This document shows positions 10,578-20,291 of a stretch of 64,000 nt of DNA, one piece after another. Source of the stretch: an uncultured delta proteobacterium (GTDB taxonomy: Bacteria > Desulfobacterota > Binatia > UBA9968); NCBI GenBank assembly GCA_963727625.1, contig CAVSHR010000003.1, positions 160,001 through 224,000 on the forward strand, read 5' to 3'. Every line of letters begins with the position of its first letter. The first letter of the stretch is position 1. Made by a program: the position numbers and the translations under genes. Below the pieces are notes generated by a model. That model did no database searches. It worked only from the letters and a program-made list of their open reading frames with translations, and was not told the origin of the DNA.

Positions 10578-11360
10578 ATGCGAACTCCGGCGTCACGCCA
10601 ATTGTCACCTCCAACACTTAGGCTCGCGATCGTCGCATGTCTAAGCACCGCGACCGCGACGTTTGGCGCCAGTTACGACGAATTGAGGTCGGAGGCGGTT
10701 CAGCGCTGCCAAGCGATCGATCCCGGCGCCTATCAGACTGGCCTGTTTTTCAATTCCGACGGCTATCGTTCCTACTATGTTCGATCGGAGTGTTTTCAAA
10801 GAATTGCAGTGGAGTTTCGCGACGAGACGCTTTGTGCCGAAGTCAAGCAGCGATATTCGCTGTTTTCGTCCAGCTGGGGTTATTCGCTCGCGCAATGCCA
10901 CAAGCTGGTCCACGGAGGCATTGCTGTGGATGAAAATACTTTGACGGAGATCAAGCAGCGCTATCGCCAGGGAGCGGTGCGACTGCGCGATTTTCGCCTC
11001 GAACGAAACGGCAACGGCCGCGACTTCGACATCATTCCATCGTTCACCGGCGCATTCGGTCATGGCTACAATCTGCGCTTTGAGCTTTTTCCAACCGCAG
11101 CCGCTAACCCCCCCGTGCTCTTACATACCTCTGGTTATTATGTAGACGGCAACAGCAACCTGCGCATTTTTGTCAGACAAGAGGAGATCCGCCAACCCTT
11201 TCCCGACCTTGTCCTGGGGCGGCCCTATACGGTGCGCGCGACTTTGACGCTTAATATTGGCAACGGCGGTCAAGCCGGGAAGTGGAGCGATGCATTCATC
11301 GAACGTATCTTCCCGGCGCGAGAGCGCAGCCAATCTTTGGACAGAGAAGTTAAGTTCTGA
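10578..11360 (+). CDS. Secreted hypothetical protein
   Basis: Signal-like LRLAIVACLSTATATFG, Cys-containing helical N-domain, beta-rich C-domain. Confidence 0.7.
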   Translation: MRTPASRQLSPPTLRLAIVACLSTATATFGASYDELRSEAVQRCQAIDPGAYQTGLFFNSDGYRSYYVRSECFQRIAVEFRDETLCAEVKQRYSLFSSSWGYSLAQCHKLVHGGIAVDENTLTEIKQRYRQGAVRLRDFRLERNGNGRDFDIIPSFTGAFGHGYNLRFELFPTAAANPPVLLHTSGYYVDGNSNLRIFVRQEEIRQPFPDLVLGRPYTVRATLTLNIGNGGQAGKWSDAFIERIFPARERSQSLDREVKF

Positions 11361-11448
11361 CTGCGAGGGGAAAACCCGTCGGCGAAAAATAGCAGGCCGA
11401 TCGCTGATATAGAAACCGTGATTCACTATTCTCAACAGGTTCTGACCT

Positions 11449-12663
11449 ATGCCATTTCCATTGAGTCGTGACGGCTGGCTGCTTTTCATCACCTGCGGGG
11501 TCCGTTCGTTTGCTTATGGTTTTCTCTCGGTCATTCTAGGGCTGTACCTCGATTCCGCCGGACTTAGCCCCGGCACAATCGGCTGGATATTTACCGCGGC
11601 GCTCGCGGGCGGTGCCGTCATGACGATCCTCGTCACCAGTGTAGCCGACCGCTTCGGGCGCGGAATATTTTTGATCATTGGTGCAATCCTAATGGCTTTG
11701 GCGGGCTGCGTGTTTGCCGTCAGTCACGATCCTATTTTTCTCGCGATCGCTGCGATCTTTGGCACTATAAGCCCTTCCGGCAAAGAAGTCGGTCCATTTC
11801 TTTCCATCGAACAGGCGATTTTGCCGCAGACGACTCCCGCTCAGCACCGTACAGCTATTTTCTCCGCGTATAATCTCGTCGGCTCGTTCGCCGGGGCAAT
11901 CGGCGCGCTAGCGGTCGGGTTACCCACGCTTTTCGCGCTGTCGGCGGCGGCGGGTTATCGACTGCTCATTTGGAGTTATGTCGCGGCGGCACTGATTCTC
12001 GCGATGTTATTCACTTTGCTCTCGAAAGACGTGGAAACTCGGCAGCCGGTCGGCTCTCAACGCCTGCGAATCGGCGTGCACAAGTCGCGCGGCATCGTCG
12101 CTAAATTGGCCGGCCTGTTTGCGCTGGATGCTTTCGCCGGTGGGTTCATCGTACAAAGCATCATCGCTTACTGGTTTTATCTTCGTTTCAAGACAGACTT
12201 GAACGTTTTAGGCGGCATCTTTTTCGGCACGAATATCCTCGCTGCCTTGTCGTTTCTCGCAGCTCCCGCGATCGCGCGCCGGATTGGCTTGCTGAATACG
12301 ATGGTGTTCACTCACCTGCCGTCGAATTTTCTGATTCTTCTGGTGCCGCTGATGCCGAACCTCAAGCTCGCTGTGGTCATGCTGCTGCTGCGCAATTCTC
12401 TGTCGCAGCTCGACGTGCCGACGCGCCAATCGTATACGATGGCAGTGGTTGATGCCGATGAACGGGCGGCGTCAGCGGGCATCCTATCGGTTGCCCGTAA
12501 CGCCGGCGCCGCGCTGGCGCCGTTGTTTACCGGGGCAATCCTCGCTCGGCCAACTTGGGGCCTGCCTTTCTTACTCGCGGGAGGGTTGAAGGTTGTTTAT
12601 GACCTATGGATCTTCGTAGTGTTTCGGCGTGTGAAGCCGCCGGAAGAGAACGAACCACGTTGA
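11449..12663 (+). CDS. MFS transporter
   Basis: About 12 TM helices, ADRFGR motif A, GTISPSGKEVGPF, DVPTRQSY. Confidence 0.93.
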   Translation: MPFPLSRDGWLLFITCGVRSFAYGFLSVILGLYLDSAGLSPGTIGWIFTAALAGGAVMTILVTSVADRFGRGIFLIIGAILMALAGCVFAVSHDPIFLAIAAIFGTISPSGKEVGPFLSIEQAILPQTTPAQHRTAIFSAYNLVGSFAGAIGALAVGLPTLFALSAAAGYRLLIWSYVAAALILAMLFTLLSKDVETRQPVGSQRLRIGVHKSRGIVAKLAGLFALDAFAGGFIVQSIIAYWFYLRFKTDLNVLGGIFFGTNILAALSFLAAPAIARRIGLLNTMVFTHLPSNFLILLVPLMPNLKLAVVMLLLRNSLSQLDVPTRQSYTMAVVDADERAASAGILSVARNAGAALAPLFTGAILARPTWGLPFLLAGGLKVVYDLWIFVVFRRVKPPEENEPR

Positions 12664-12691
12664 TCCTGCAAAGCTGTGACACTGAAGCTCT

Positions 12692-13504
12692 TCACGAATC
12701 GCTGTACGAGTATCCGTCCAAGAAAGAAAATCCGCGCATCCGCTGCTTCACCGCATCGATCAACTCCTGATTCCACTCCACGTCCGTGCGAGATTTATGG
12801 GAAGATTTGTAAATAACGCTGGCACAATCACTCAAATAACTTTCGTCAGAGCCCATGCCAAGGGAAGCACACAGCGCCATAAGCGTGCTCTTGGGATTAT
12901 TGATGAGGGATTCATGATAAATATTATGGACGGCGCCGGTCGCTACCTGAGGCTTCAGCGTTTCGACTATCTCGCACATGGAAAAGTATCTGTTGATCGC
13001 ATTCGGCAGAAATTCTCCGCTTCTGATTTTCATGGTGCTGATGTTGTCATAAGGATTTCTGATGACATGAATGAGCTTGAGGTCGACCCCTTTTAGCTTT
13101 TGCCGCAGTGATTTCAGGAGGGATGGGTTCCGACGCAGTCGAGTCAGTCCGGTTGACTCGCCGATGACCCGCGGCTTATCAAACCTGCCTTGCCACTGAT
13201 TAGGGACTTCGTAAGAGTACCGACGCTGTTTCCTACCTGTTCTGGCGACCTGCCGAGAATTTTGCATCAACAAGTAGAAAATTTGTTGTTTACCAAACCC
13301 ATACTTAAGATACCTGAGTGCGCTGGTTTGGCTGGCCACGATCATATTTGGATGGGCATCCAGCAGAAATCCGATGAGAGTGTGGCCGCTGCGTGGATAA
13401 CCAATAAACATAACAAAGGTTTTGATGTCATTAAAAATTCTTGGCTCGTAAACGGTGTGGCAAAGAGAGGTAAAGAACCGATAAGGAATGGTCAGTAAAT
13501 CCAT
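12692..13504 (-). CDS. Sulfotransferase family protein
   Basis: 5'-PSB FIGYPRSGHT, 3'-PB IHVIRNPYDNIST; visibly AT-richer than its flanks. Confidence 0.85.
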   Translation of the reverse strand: MDLLTIPYRFFTSLCHTVYEPRIFNDIKTFVMFIGYPRSGHTLIGFLLDAHPNMIVASQTSALRYLKYGFGKQQIFYLLMQNSRQVARTGRKQRRYSYEVPNQWQGRFDKPRVIGESTGLTRLRRNPSLLKSLRQKLKGVDLKLIHVIRNPYDNISTMKIRSGEFLPNAINRYFSMCEIVETLKPQVATGAVHNIYHESLINNPKSTLMALCASLGMGSDESYLSDCASVIYKSSHKSRTDVEWNQELIDAVKQRMRGFSFLDGYSYSDS

Positions 13505-13708
13505 GGGGTAAAACTCCTAACAATTATGATCCGAAACTGATTAGAACGCGAAGTTGGAGCAATCGGTTTCAGAATTGTATTAACGAGACCGGCTCCAAAC
13601 TCGACGAATTCAATCTTTATTGAAATAGCGGATATTTGGCAAAGGACGCAAGCGCCAGGGTAGAATTGAACGGCACTATCATCAACGAACCAAGGCATTC
13701 ATTCTCCT

Positions 13709-13841
13709 ATGAGCCGTTCTATTCTCGAAGTCCTCACAGTCGCTTTGCGGAGAGGCCCGACTTACTTCGGCGGGCCGATGGCGCACTTGGGATATTTTCG
13801 TGATGAATTGGGAGACCGGCGCAGGCGGCTGGAGGAGCGGA
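13709..13841 (+). pseudogene. 5' fragment of a chromate transporter (ChrA)
   Basis: MSRSILEVLTVALRRGPTYFGGPMAHLGYFRDEL mirrors SLLEVLWVSTRLGLTSFGGPIAHLGYFHEE of the intact chrA. Confidence 0.8.
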
Positions 13842-13984
13842 GCCGCGCTGGCGCCATTGTTTGCCGGGGCAATTCTTGCTCGGCCAACTTGGGTGTTGCC
13901 TTTCTTAATGCCGGGAGGCTAAAAATTTATTTTTGACCTGTGGATTTTCACGGTCATTCGCAACGTGTAGCCGCCGGAAGAAAT
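13842..13984 (+). repeat. Degenerate copy of the MFS gene 3' end (12508-12650)
   Basis: GCCGCGCTGGCGCCATTGTTTGCCGGGGCAATTCTTGCTCGGCCAACTTGGG...GCCGCCGGAAGA aligns with the MFS 3' end, with substitutions and indels. Confidence 0.85.
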
Positions 13985-14015
13985 GAAGATTGCAGGATGG
14001 TAGGCCGCGATCAGA

Positions 14016-14763
14016 TTAATCCGGTGGGCATATAGATTCCGGGATTCTAAACTTGCGCTGATAGGCCCCCGCGATCATTCCAGTGATGCGTTTGAATAAA
14101 CGCCGGAAAAAAGCTGGCTCCTCATAGCCGACTTGCCAGCTGATCTCGTCAACCGGCGCCTCGGTGCGCTCGAGCCGGCGCTTGGCTTCTTCGACGCGCA
14201 AACGTTGCACGTAGGCGATAGGCAAATAGCCGGTAGCCACCTTGAACCGACGTTTGAAGCTCCGTAGGGCAACGCCGGAACGGCGTACGGCTTGCTCGAC
14301 GGGGTTGGCGACGGAAAAATGGCTGCTCTGCCATCGCTGCGTGAGTTGGATTGCGGTGTCCCGATGATCGGTGACCGGTTCGAAGACGACCAAGGGCTAT
14401 AGCCCTTGGTCGTGCGACTGAAAGGCATAAAATTTGGCGATTGCCCTGCGCTGCTGTCGGTCCCGCATACCGGGAGATGAGATAGAGCACCAAATCGTGC
14501 CAAGAGGTCGAAGCGCCCGACATGACGAACTCCTCGTGAGGTCCCGCTGCAACAAGTGTTCGCTCGGGCACTAATCGGACATTCGGAAAGTTCTTGCGAA
14601 AAGTTTGCGCATAAATCCAGTGAATTGTTGCGTCCTTTTCATTCAGTAGTCCGGTCTCCGCGAGCAACGGCACTCCCGAACAAGTGGAACATAACGTCGC
14701 GTCGCGTGCATGCATCGCCGCCCCAATCATCGCTATGATCATAGCCAACAACGGCTTAATCAT
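14016..14763 (-). pseudogene. GlxA-family (DJ-1/PfpI + AraC) regulator, 5'-truncated, frameshifted, internal stop
   Basis: LCSTCSG...ATIHW...WHDLVLYLI in one frame; +1 shift near 14445; in-frame TAG near 14400; AraC HTH RSFKRRFK...VGYEEPAFFRRLFKR. Confidence 0.85.
14386..14413. repeat. Perfect 28-bp spacerless palindrome
   Basis: ACGACCAAGGGCTA|TAGCCCTTGGTCGT. Confidence 0.95.
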
Positions 14764-14919
14764 CGCGTTCTCACGTACTAGGAACCCCTGACCTGGTAGT
14801 TTGTACGGTGCGCTCGTTTTTGTCGCAGTGACTTTGAATTACAAAAAGTCCAGCGTGGCCTCGACGTAATACAAGGCTTTCCGCGACGTGCCGACAATTT
14901 GTAGACTCTGGCTAGACAA

Positions 14920-15348
14920 TTAGGCGCGCGGATGCCGTTCCGCCAATTCAATCTCGTGGCCGTCCGGGTCGCGGATCCAAGCGCTCAGGCCCATGCCGTC
15001 GGATCTCTGCTTCAGCGGGCGAATGAAAGCGACGTCTTTCTTTTCGAGAATCGCGCAAAGCTTGCGAAGATCGCTCGTGTCAATGCCAATGTGAATGTTT
15101 GCCGGCGTTACCTGAGTTGGTGCTCTCTCACTGATGTCTTGAATCAATTCGAGGAATGGCGTGCTCGCTTCGTCGCCGTAACCGATCAAGCCGACTTCCA
15201 CCTTGCGGGCGTCACTGGCGTGGCGCTCTTTCACTTTCATGCCGAGCAGGCGCTTATAGAACGCAATGGATCGATTGAGATCGGCCACCGGCAACATCGT
15301 GTGGTGGACGCGGAAACCAAGGTCCTTGACCAAACAGTCATTCTTCAT
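14920..15348 (-). CDS. VOC/glyoxalase I (lactoylglutathione lyase-like) protein
   Basis: HTMLPVADLNRSIAFY, LELI, HIGI, IRDPDGHEIEL. Confidence 0.9.
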   Translation of the reverse strand: MKNDCLVKDLGFRVHHTMLPVADLNRSIAFYKRLLGMKVKERHASDARKVEVGLIGYGDEASTPFLELIQDISERAPTQVTPANIHIGIDTSDLRKLCAILEKKDVAFIRPLKQRSDGMGLSAWIRDPDGHEIELAERHPRA

Positions 15349-15401
15349 AACACCTCCTCCGTCAGACTTCGACGTGACGCCGCTTTTTTTGGCGTTTCAT
15401 T

Positions 15402-16634
15402 TCAAATACGGGCTACCATCTCCCCCCCCAGAGCGGTCATAACAACGACCAGCCAAGGGGGACATTTCCAAAACATCAAAAGCCCGAAGGCGAGGAGTCC
15501 AAGCCCGAAGTCGGCGGGAGAATAGATCGCGCTGCTCCACACCGGTCTGTAGAGCGCGGTCAGCAGCAAACCAACCACTGCTGCGTTGATACCTTTCAAA
15601 GCAGATTGGAAGACCGGCACCGAACGAAGCAGGTCCCAAAATGGCAAAGCGCCGGCGACCAACAAAAAAGAAGGAAGGAAAATCGCAACCAGAGTTAGAA
15701 ATGCTTCTGGCAAACCGTTCAGCTCCGTGCCCATGACAGCACCGAGGTATGCAGAAAAAGTAAAAAGCGGTCCGGGCACGGCTTGAGTAGCTCCATAGCC
15801 CGCCACGAATTGCTCGTTCGTGACCCAACCCGGACCCACGACCTCGGATTGAAGCAGCGGAAGAACGACATGACCGCCGCCAAAAACGAGTGAGCCGACG
15901 CGAAAAAAACTGTCAAAAACTTCAACCGCATGAACCGCCCATACTTGTCTCAAAAGAGGCAGGCCTAAGAGGAGCGCAAAAAAAATAATCCAGGCGGTCA
16001 ATCCAGTTTTTTTGCCGACAGGAAAACGCATGTGAGAGACCGAAGAAGAAGCCGCACCGGGAAAAATCATTAAACCAATGATGGCGGCGATGGCGATCGA
16101 TGAAAGCTGCCCTATGGCAGTTGGCCATGCGAGCGTGACTATCGAAGCGAGAACTGCAATCGTGGCGCGCTCCCGGTCCGGACAAAGCGAACGGGCCATT
16201 CCCCAGACTGCTTGGGCAACGACGGCAACTGCAACAACTTTAAGCCCGTGTAGCCAACCCGTATCTGCAGCGCTCGCGAACGCGCCGATACCGAAGGCAA
16301 ACACGATCAGCGCAAGCGCCGACGGCATGGTAAAGCCCAGCCATGCGGCAACACCGCCGAGGAGCCGCGCACGGGCAATGCCGATCGCGATGCCAACCTG
16401 GCTGCTGGCTGGCCCAGGCAGAAACTGGCAGAGCGCGACGAGGTCGGCATAACTTTGCTCATCAATCCACTTTCTGCGCTTGACGTACTCTTCGTGAAAA
16501 TAACCGAGATGCGCGATCGGACCGCCGAAGGAGGTCAGTCCGAGGCGGGTCGAAACCCAGAGGACTTCAAGAAGGGAACCGCGGTGGCGACCGAGAGTCA
16601 CTTGATCAGTGACAATTTCAGGTTGCTCACTCAT
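15402..16634 (-). CDS. chrA: Chromate efflux transporter (long-chain CHR)
   Basis: FGGPIAHLGY, CQFLPGPASSQ, FGGGHVVLP, QAVPGP duplicated halves. Confidence 0.95.
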   Translation of the reverse strand: MSEQPEIVTDQVTLGRHRGSLLEVLWVSTRLGLTSFGGPIAHLGYFHEEYVKRRKWIDEQSYADLVALCQFLPGPASSQVGIAIGIARARLLGGVAAWLGFTMPSALALIVFAFGIGAFASAADTGWLHGLKVVAVAVVAQAVWGMARSLCPDRERATIAVLASIVTLAWPTAIGQLSSIAIAAIIGLMIFPGAASSSVSHMRFPVGKKTGLTAWIIFFALLLGLPLLRQVWAVHAVEVFDSFFRVGSLVFGGGHVVLPLLQSEVVGPGWVTNEQFVAGYGATQAVPGPLFTFSAYLGAVMGTELNGLPEAFLTLVAIFLPSFLLVAGALPFWDLLRSVPVFQSALKGINAAVVGLLLTALYRPVWSSAIYSPADFGLGLLAFGLLMFWKCPPWLVVVMTALGGEMVARI

Positions 16635-17004
16635 AGTGCTCAGCCACCTCTTCCAATGACCCCTCGGCGATTTTTAAAGCCTTAAGGGCAGTTTCCAAAT
16701 CCTCGCTCGGATGAGTCTTGAGAAACTTGCTTCCCTGATTTTTTATGCCCTTGACGATCTTGTGCCATTGCTTTGCCCGCCGGTGCGCTTTGAGATTTCG
16801 CTTGTGCCGAATCTCTCCGCCGAGTCCGGTATGTTCCAGCGTCTCTTCTACTGTATGTTCAGCGATTTCGAGCGCTAATAAGCCGTGCGCGAGATCTTCG
16901 TATCCTGTTTTTTTATAGATTGCCTTCAGCTGTTTTTGAAGTCGTTTGAATTCCTTTCTCAACGCTGTCATCTGAGTCTTTTGAGCTTGTCCAACTTGAG
17001 CCAT
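16627..17004 (-). CDS. Helical hypothetical protein with an internal repeat
   Basis: EDLAHGLLALEIAEHTVEE / EDLETALKALKIAEGSLEE; AAGGAGG RBS; overlaps the chrA start. Confidence 0.75.
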   Translation of the reverse strand: MAQVGQAQKTQMTALRKEFKRLQKQLKAIYKKTGYEDLAHGLLALEIAEHTVEETLEHTGLGGEIRHKRNLKAHRRAKQWHKIVKGIKNQGSKFLKTHPSEDLETALKALKIAEGSLEEVAEHYE

Positions 17005-17046
17005 TCTTCGAGTTCCTCCTTTGGGTTTGTTGGTTGGTTATTTTAC

Positions 17047-17606
17047 TCACATTTCCCATTTCTGATTGGTTACAGGTGGAGCAGTCGGCTGTGCGATATA
17101 AATGAACCTATAGCCCCTCTCGGTATGGCATCCGTTGCCCGCGCTTAACGTCTCGTCATACGATTTTTGAAACGCTGCTGGACTCCTGTGCTTTATGGCC
17201 TCGGCCAACTGGGCAATCTGAGTCTGAAGGACGGAATCTAATACAATTGAGATTTTGATCCCGTTCTTCTCTGCGTTCAGCGCCTTCGGAGCCTCCATGG
17301 TTTTCCTAAGTTCATCGAGCTCGTATTTTGATAGCTCCCAATTCCTGGCTTTGGACGCGAATCAGTAATTACCCGCGTGCAGTTGAATCGTGGTCATGGA
17401 CTCTCCCAACCGGGCGTGCGATCTTTGGCTGCTGCGAGTTCGGATTGCATCCGCTGGAGGGAATTTTGCAGCGCGACAAATCCGCCGTCGGTAGCCTTGT
17501 CCGAACCGCGGACTGGACTCTCCAAGCTCAGAACTCGGACGAAGAGAACCAAAATAAGAACTGCGTACAAAATTACACCGCCCTTGAGGTAAACCGCAGG
17601 CTTCAC
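17047..17606 (-). pseudogene. Degraded periplasmic four-helix c-type cytochrome-like gene
   Basis: Signal anchor, frameshift near 17410, TGA at 17362-17364, then FASKARNWELSKYELDEL...SAGNGCH (CxxCH with the first Cys lost). Confidence 0.65.
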
Positions 17607-17651
17607 ACTTTTTTCCTTTGACCAGGTGCCGCCGGATTTGCCACCGGCAGC

Positions 17652-17990
17652 TCACTCATCCTCCAGCAACTCGCCGAAAAGCTCGCTAACTTTTTGTCTC
17701 GCGGCGAGCAAAGCCTTCCGGCCTAGGGGGGTCGCTTCATACAACCGCCGCAGACTTTTCCCAGACCGCTCGCTGGTCGATCGCAGGTACCCCTTGTGCT
17801 CAAGCCCGTGCAGCAATGGATAAAGAGTGCCCGGGCTAAGTCGGTAACCGTGTCGGCCCAATTCCTCGATGAACCATAGACCGAAGACGGGACGCTTCGA
17901 GGCGTGGTGAAGGATGTGAAGGCGGATCAGTCCTGCATAGAGATCCTGGTCCCGTGCTTCTTGGCTTTGGTTCTTCTTAGCTTTCTGCAT
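17652..17990 (-). CDS. PadR-family transcriptional regulator
   Basis: LIRLHILHHA, LSPGTLYPLLHGLEHKGYL, RRLYEATPLG. Confidence 0.92.
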   Translation of the reverse strand: MQKAKKNQSQEARDQDLYAGLIRLHILHHASKRPVFGLWFIEELGRHGYRLSPGTLYPLLHGLEHKGYLRSTSERSGKSLRRLYEATPLGRKALLAARQKVSELFGELLEDE

Positions 17991-17996
17991 TTCGTT

Positions 17997-18025
17997 ATCG
18001 AAATCCGATATAGAATGATTTCGAT
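17997..18025. promoter_or_regulatory. Inverted repeat, likely PadR operator
   Basis: ATCGAAATC-N11-GATTTCGAT just upstream of the PadR start. Confidence 0.5.
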
Positions 18026-18359
18026 CACCTGTCAATGACGTTGAGCCGGTCCGTCAATAGCAGAGCTCTGTTTGTGTGGTCAGGGCAGTTGACGTCCGAT
18101 ACGCTGCATTCGCCGAACTTAAACGGTGGTTGTTGGATGACTCTTCCGCGCTTTCGATAAACCGGTGCGGTCGCGTGATTGGCGCGCCGGTTACCTCCGC
18201 GCTTCAGCTCAGCCATTCGAGTCCATAAGGTAAAGCAATGGAGGCTTGTCGCTGTTTCTCTTCAAATATGCAACGATACTGTCGTTACGAATAAAGATTT
18301 TAGATTGTTAATTTCGATGTTTCTCCCGGGCTAGCCGCCTGGGGGAAGGAGTAAGAGTA

Positions 18360-19709
18360 ATGTCGGGGTCGGACATCGGTAACGAAGTTCTCGCAATCGG
18401 TTTGTTAATCGTGGCCAATGCTTTCTTTGCGATGTCGGAGTTGGCCGTGATCAGCGCACGAAAGTCCAGGCTGCAAAAGTGGGTGAAGATGGGCAATCGG
18501 CGCGCCAAGGCCGCCCTGGATCTCGCGATCACGCCGAGCAAATTTTTGTCGACCATGCAGATCGGAATCACTTTGGCTGGCATTCTGACCGGCGCCATCG
18601 CCGGACGCAGTCTTGCCGACCGCATGGCGGCTTATCTCGAATCGCTGCCGCTGATCGCGCCCTATCACCGCGAAGTTGGTTTAGTTCTCGTGGTTCTCGT
18701 AACGACCTTCACCGTGTTGGTGCTCGGAGAATTGGTGCCGAAGCGTCTCGCGCTGCGACATCCCGAGATGATCGCAACATTTATTTCACTACCCCTGCGC
18801 TGGTTCACGAAACTTTGCGCACCCCTGCTGCGCTTGCTTAACTTCTCGACCGAGGCGGTCTGCCGGCTATTCGGCAGAACCGCCAACGATGAGCCACCGG
18901 TCACCGAAGAAGAGATCAAGAGGCTGGTGCGCCAGGGTGCCGCGGCCGGAGTCTTCGAAGAAGCGGAGCAGGATATGGTGGAAGCGGTGCTCCGGCTGGG
19001 CGATAAGACGGCGCGCGCGCTTATGACTCCAAGAACTCAAATCGCTTGGCTCGATCTCGAAACTGGCGTCGACAAGATCCGCGAGAAAATTATTTCCAGC
19101 GGCCATTCTTGTTTGCCCGTCGGTAAGGGCAGCCTGGATAAGGTTGCCGGCGTGGTCCACGCCAAGGATTTGCTCGGGCTCCATCTCGGCGGCGGTTCTT
19201 TGAATTTAAAGTCGGTGATTCAAGAACCTTTTTTCGTGCCCAGATCGGTGAGCATTTTAGAGGTGTTGGATGCGTTTAAGCAATCGGGACAGCATGTCGC
19301 GCTGGTGGTCGACGAGTACGGCGGCATCGAAGGTTTGCTGACCCCTCACGACGTTCTTGAAGCGATCGCCGGCGACATTCCTTTCGACGGCAAACCGGCG
19401 GACCCCAAGGCAATACAGCGCCAGGATGGCTCTTGGCTGCTCGACGGCATGTTGTCGATAGAGGAGTTCAAAGAGATTTTTCACGTCGAGAACCTCCCGG
19501 GAGAGAAACGCGACGCCTACCAGACCCTCGGCGGTTTCATCTTTACCCGGATGGAAAGGGTGCCGTCGGTCAGCGAAACTTTTGAATGGAATGGCTTGCG
19601 CTTTGAAATTGTCGACATGGATGGCAAGCGTATCGACAAGGTATGGGTCGGTAATATAGCCCATAGAGTCGAGGATCTCCCGGTTTCATCGTCGGTCGAA
19701 CTAGATTGA
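18360..19709 (+). CDS. Hemolysin/CNNM-CBS-CorC domain membrane protein (TlyC-like)
   Basis: NAFFAMSELA, STMQIGIT, GELVPK, MTPRT, VVDEYGG, TLGGF, DMDGKRIDKV. Confidence 0.93.
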   Translation: MSGSDIGNEVLAIGLLIVANAFFAMSELAVISARKSRLQKWVKMGNRRAKAALDLAITPSKFLSTMQIGITLAGILTGAIAGRSLADRMAAYLESLPLIAPYHREVGLVLVVLVTTFTVLVLGELVPKRLALRHPEMIATFISLPLRWFTKLCAPLLRLLNFSTEAVCRLFGRTANDEPPVTEEEIKRLVRQGAAAGVFEEAEQDMVEAVLRLGDKTARALMTPRTQIAWLDLETGVDKIREKIISSGHSCLPVGKGSLDKVAGVVHAKDLLGLHLGGGSLNLKSVIQEPFFVPRSVSILEVLDAFKQSGQHVALVVDEYGGIEGLLTPHDVLEAIAGDIPFDGKPADPKAIQRQDGSWLLDGMLSIEEFKEIFHVENLPGEKRDAYQTLGGFIFTRMERVPSVSETFEWNGLRFEIVDMDGKRIDKVWVGNIAHRVEDLPVSSSVELD

Positions 19710-20166
19710 TGGTACCCGGTCAGCGACGGGGTTGGCATCTCGCATCGTGAGACAGAAGTTTATGGAAACCGATCTTACAGCGCGCTGAGGAGCGTCAAAG
19801 ATCGATTTTCGCTGCCGCGAAAGCGCTTCACAGCCGCTATACGGGGGCGCGGGCGCACGACTGCCTGTCGAAGCGCTGAATTAAAAGCCGTCATTGCTGA
19901 TAAATCCGCTAAGCAGTTTGATTTAAGGCGACGTAAATTGATCAATGCTCGGCATGGAGGAATTTCTTGAATCGCAGTTTTTTATTGTCGGATAAGGGTT
20001 TAAACGCCACCGTTCGCGTTGCCGGCGAAACTGTGCCTGACATCGATCTCAAGATGCAAAATTCGAGCTTGCGGAGTGCGCCGGAATTGAACTTCTACTC
20101 GGCGGCATCGCCATGTCGCACCAGGATGACGAGGCGCTCGGTCACAGCGCAGCGCCGCAGTTTTTC

Positions 20167-20188
20167 GATAATATATACGAATATTATC
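20167..20188. promoter_or_regulatory. AT-rich 8-6-8 inverted repeat (ModE-box-like geometry)
   Basis: GATAATAT-ATACGA-ATATTATC about 100 bp upstream of a molybdopterin-binding gene. Confidence 0.4.
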
Positions 20189-20291
20189 CGCATAAACGCC
20201 GATGAACGAAGCGCCCCGAGAGCCTGGACAAATCGGTTTTGGTGAGAATATATTCTATTATAAAAGAAAATCCGAAGAGGAAACCGCCCGA

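Noticed and set aside
17362-17364. In-frame TGA in the cytochrome-like gene as a second selenocysteine
   Set aside because: The context (..Y*FASK..) fits a Trp codon, and the gene also has a frameshift and a broken haem motif, so it is a pseudogene.
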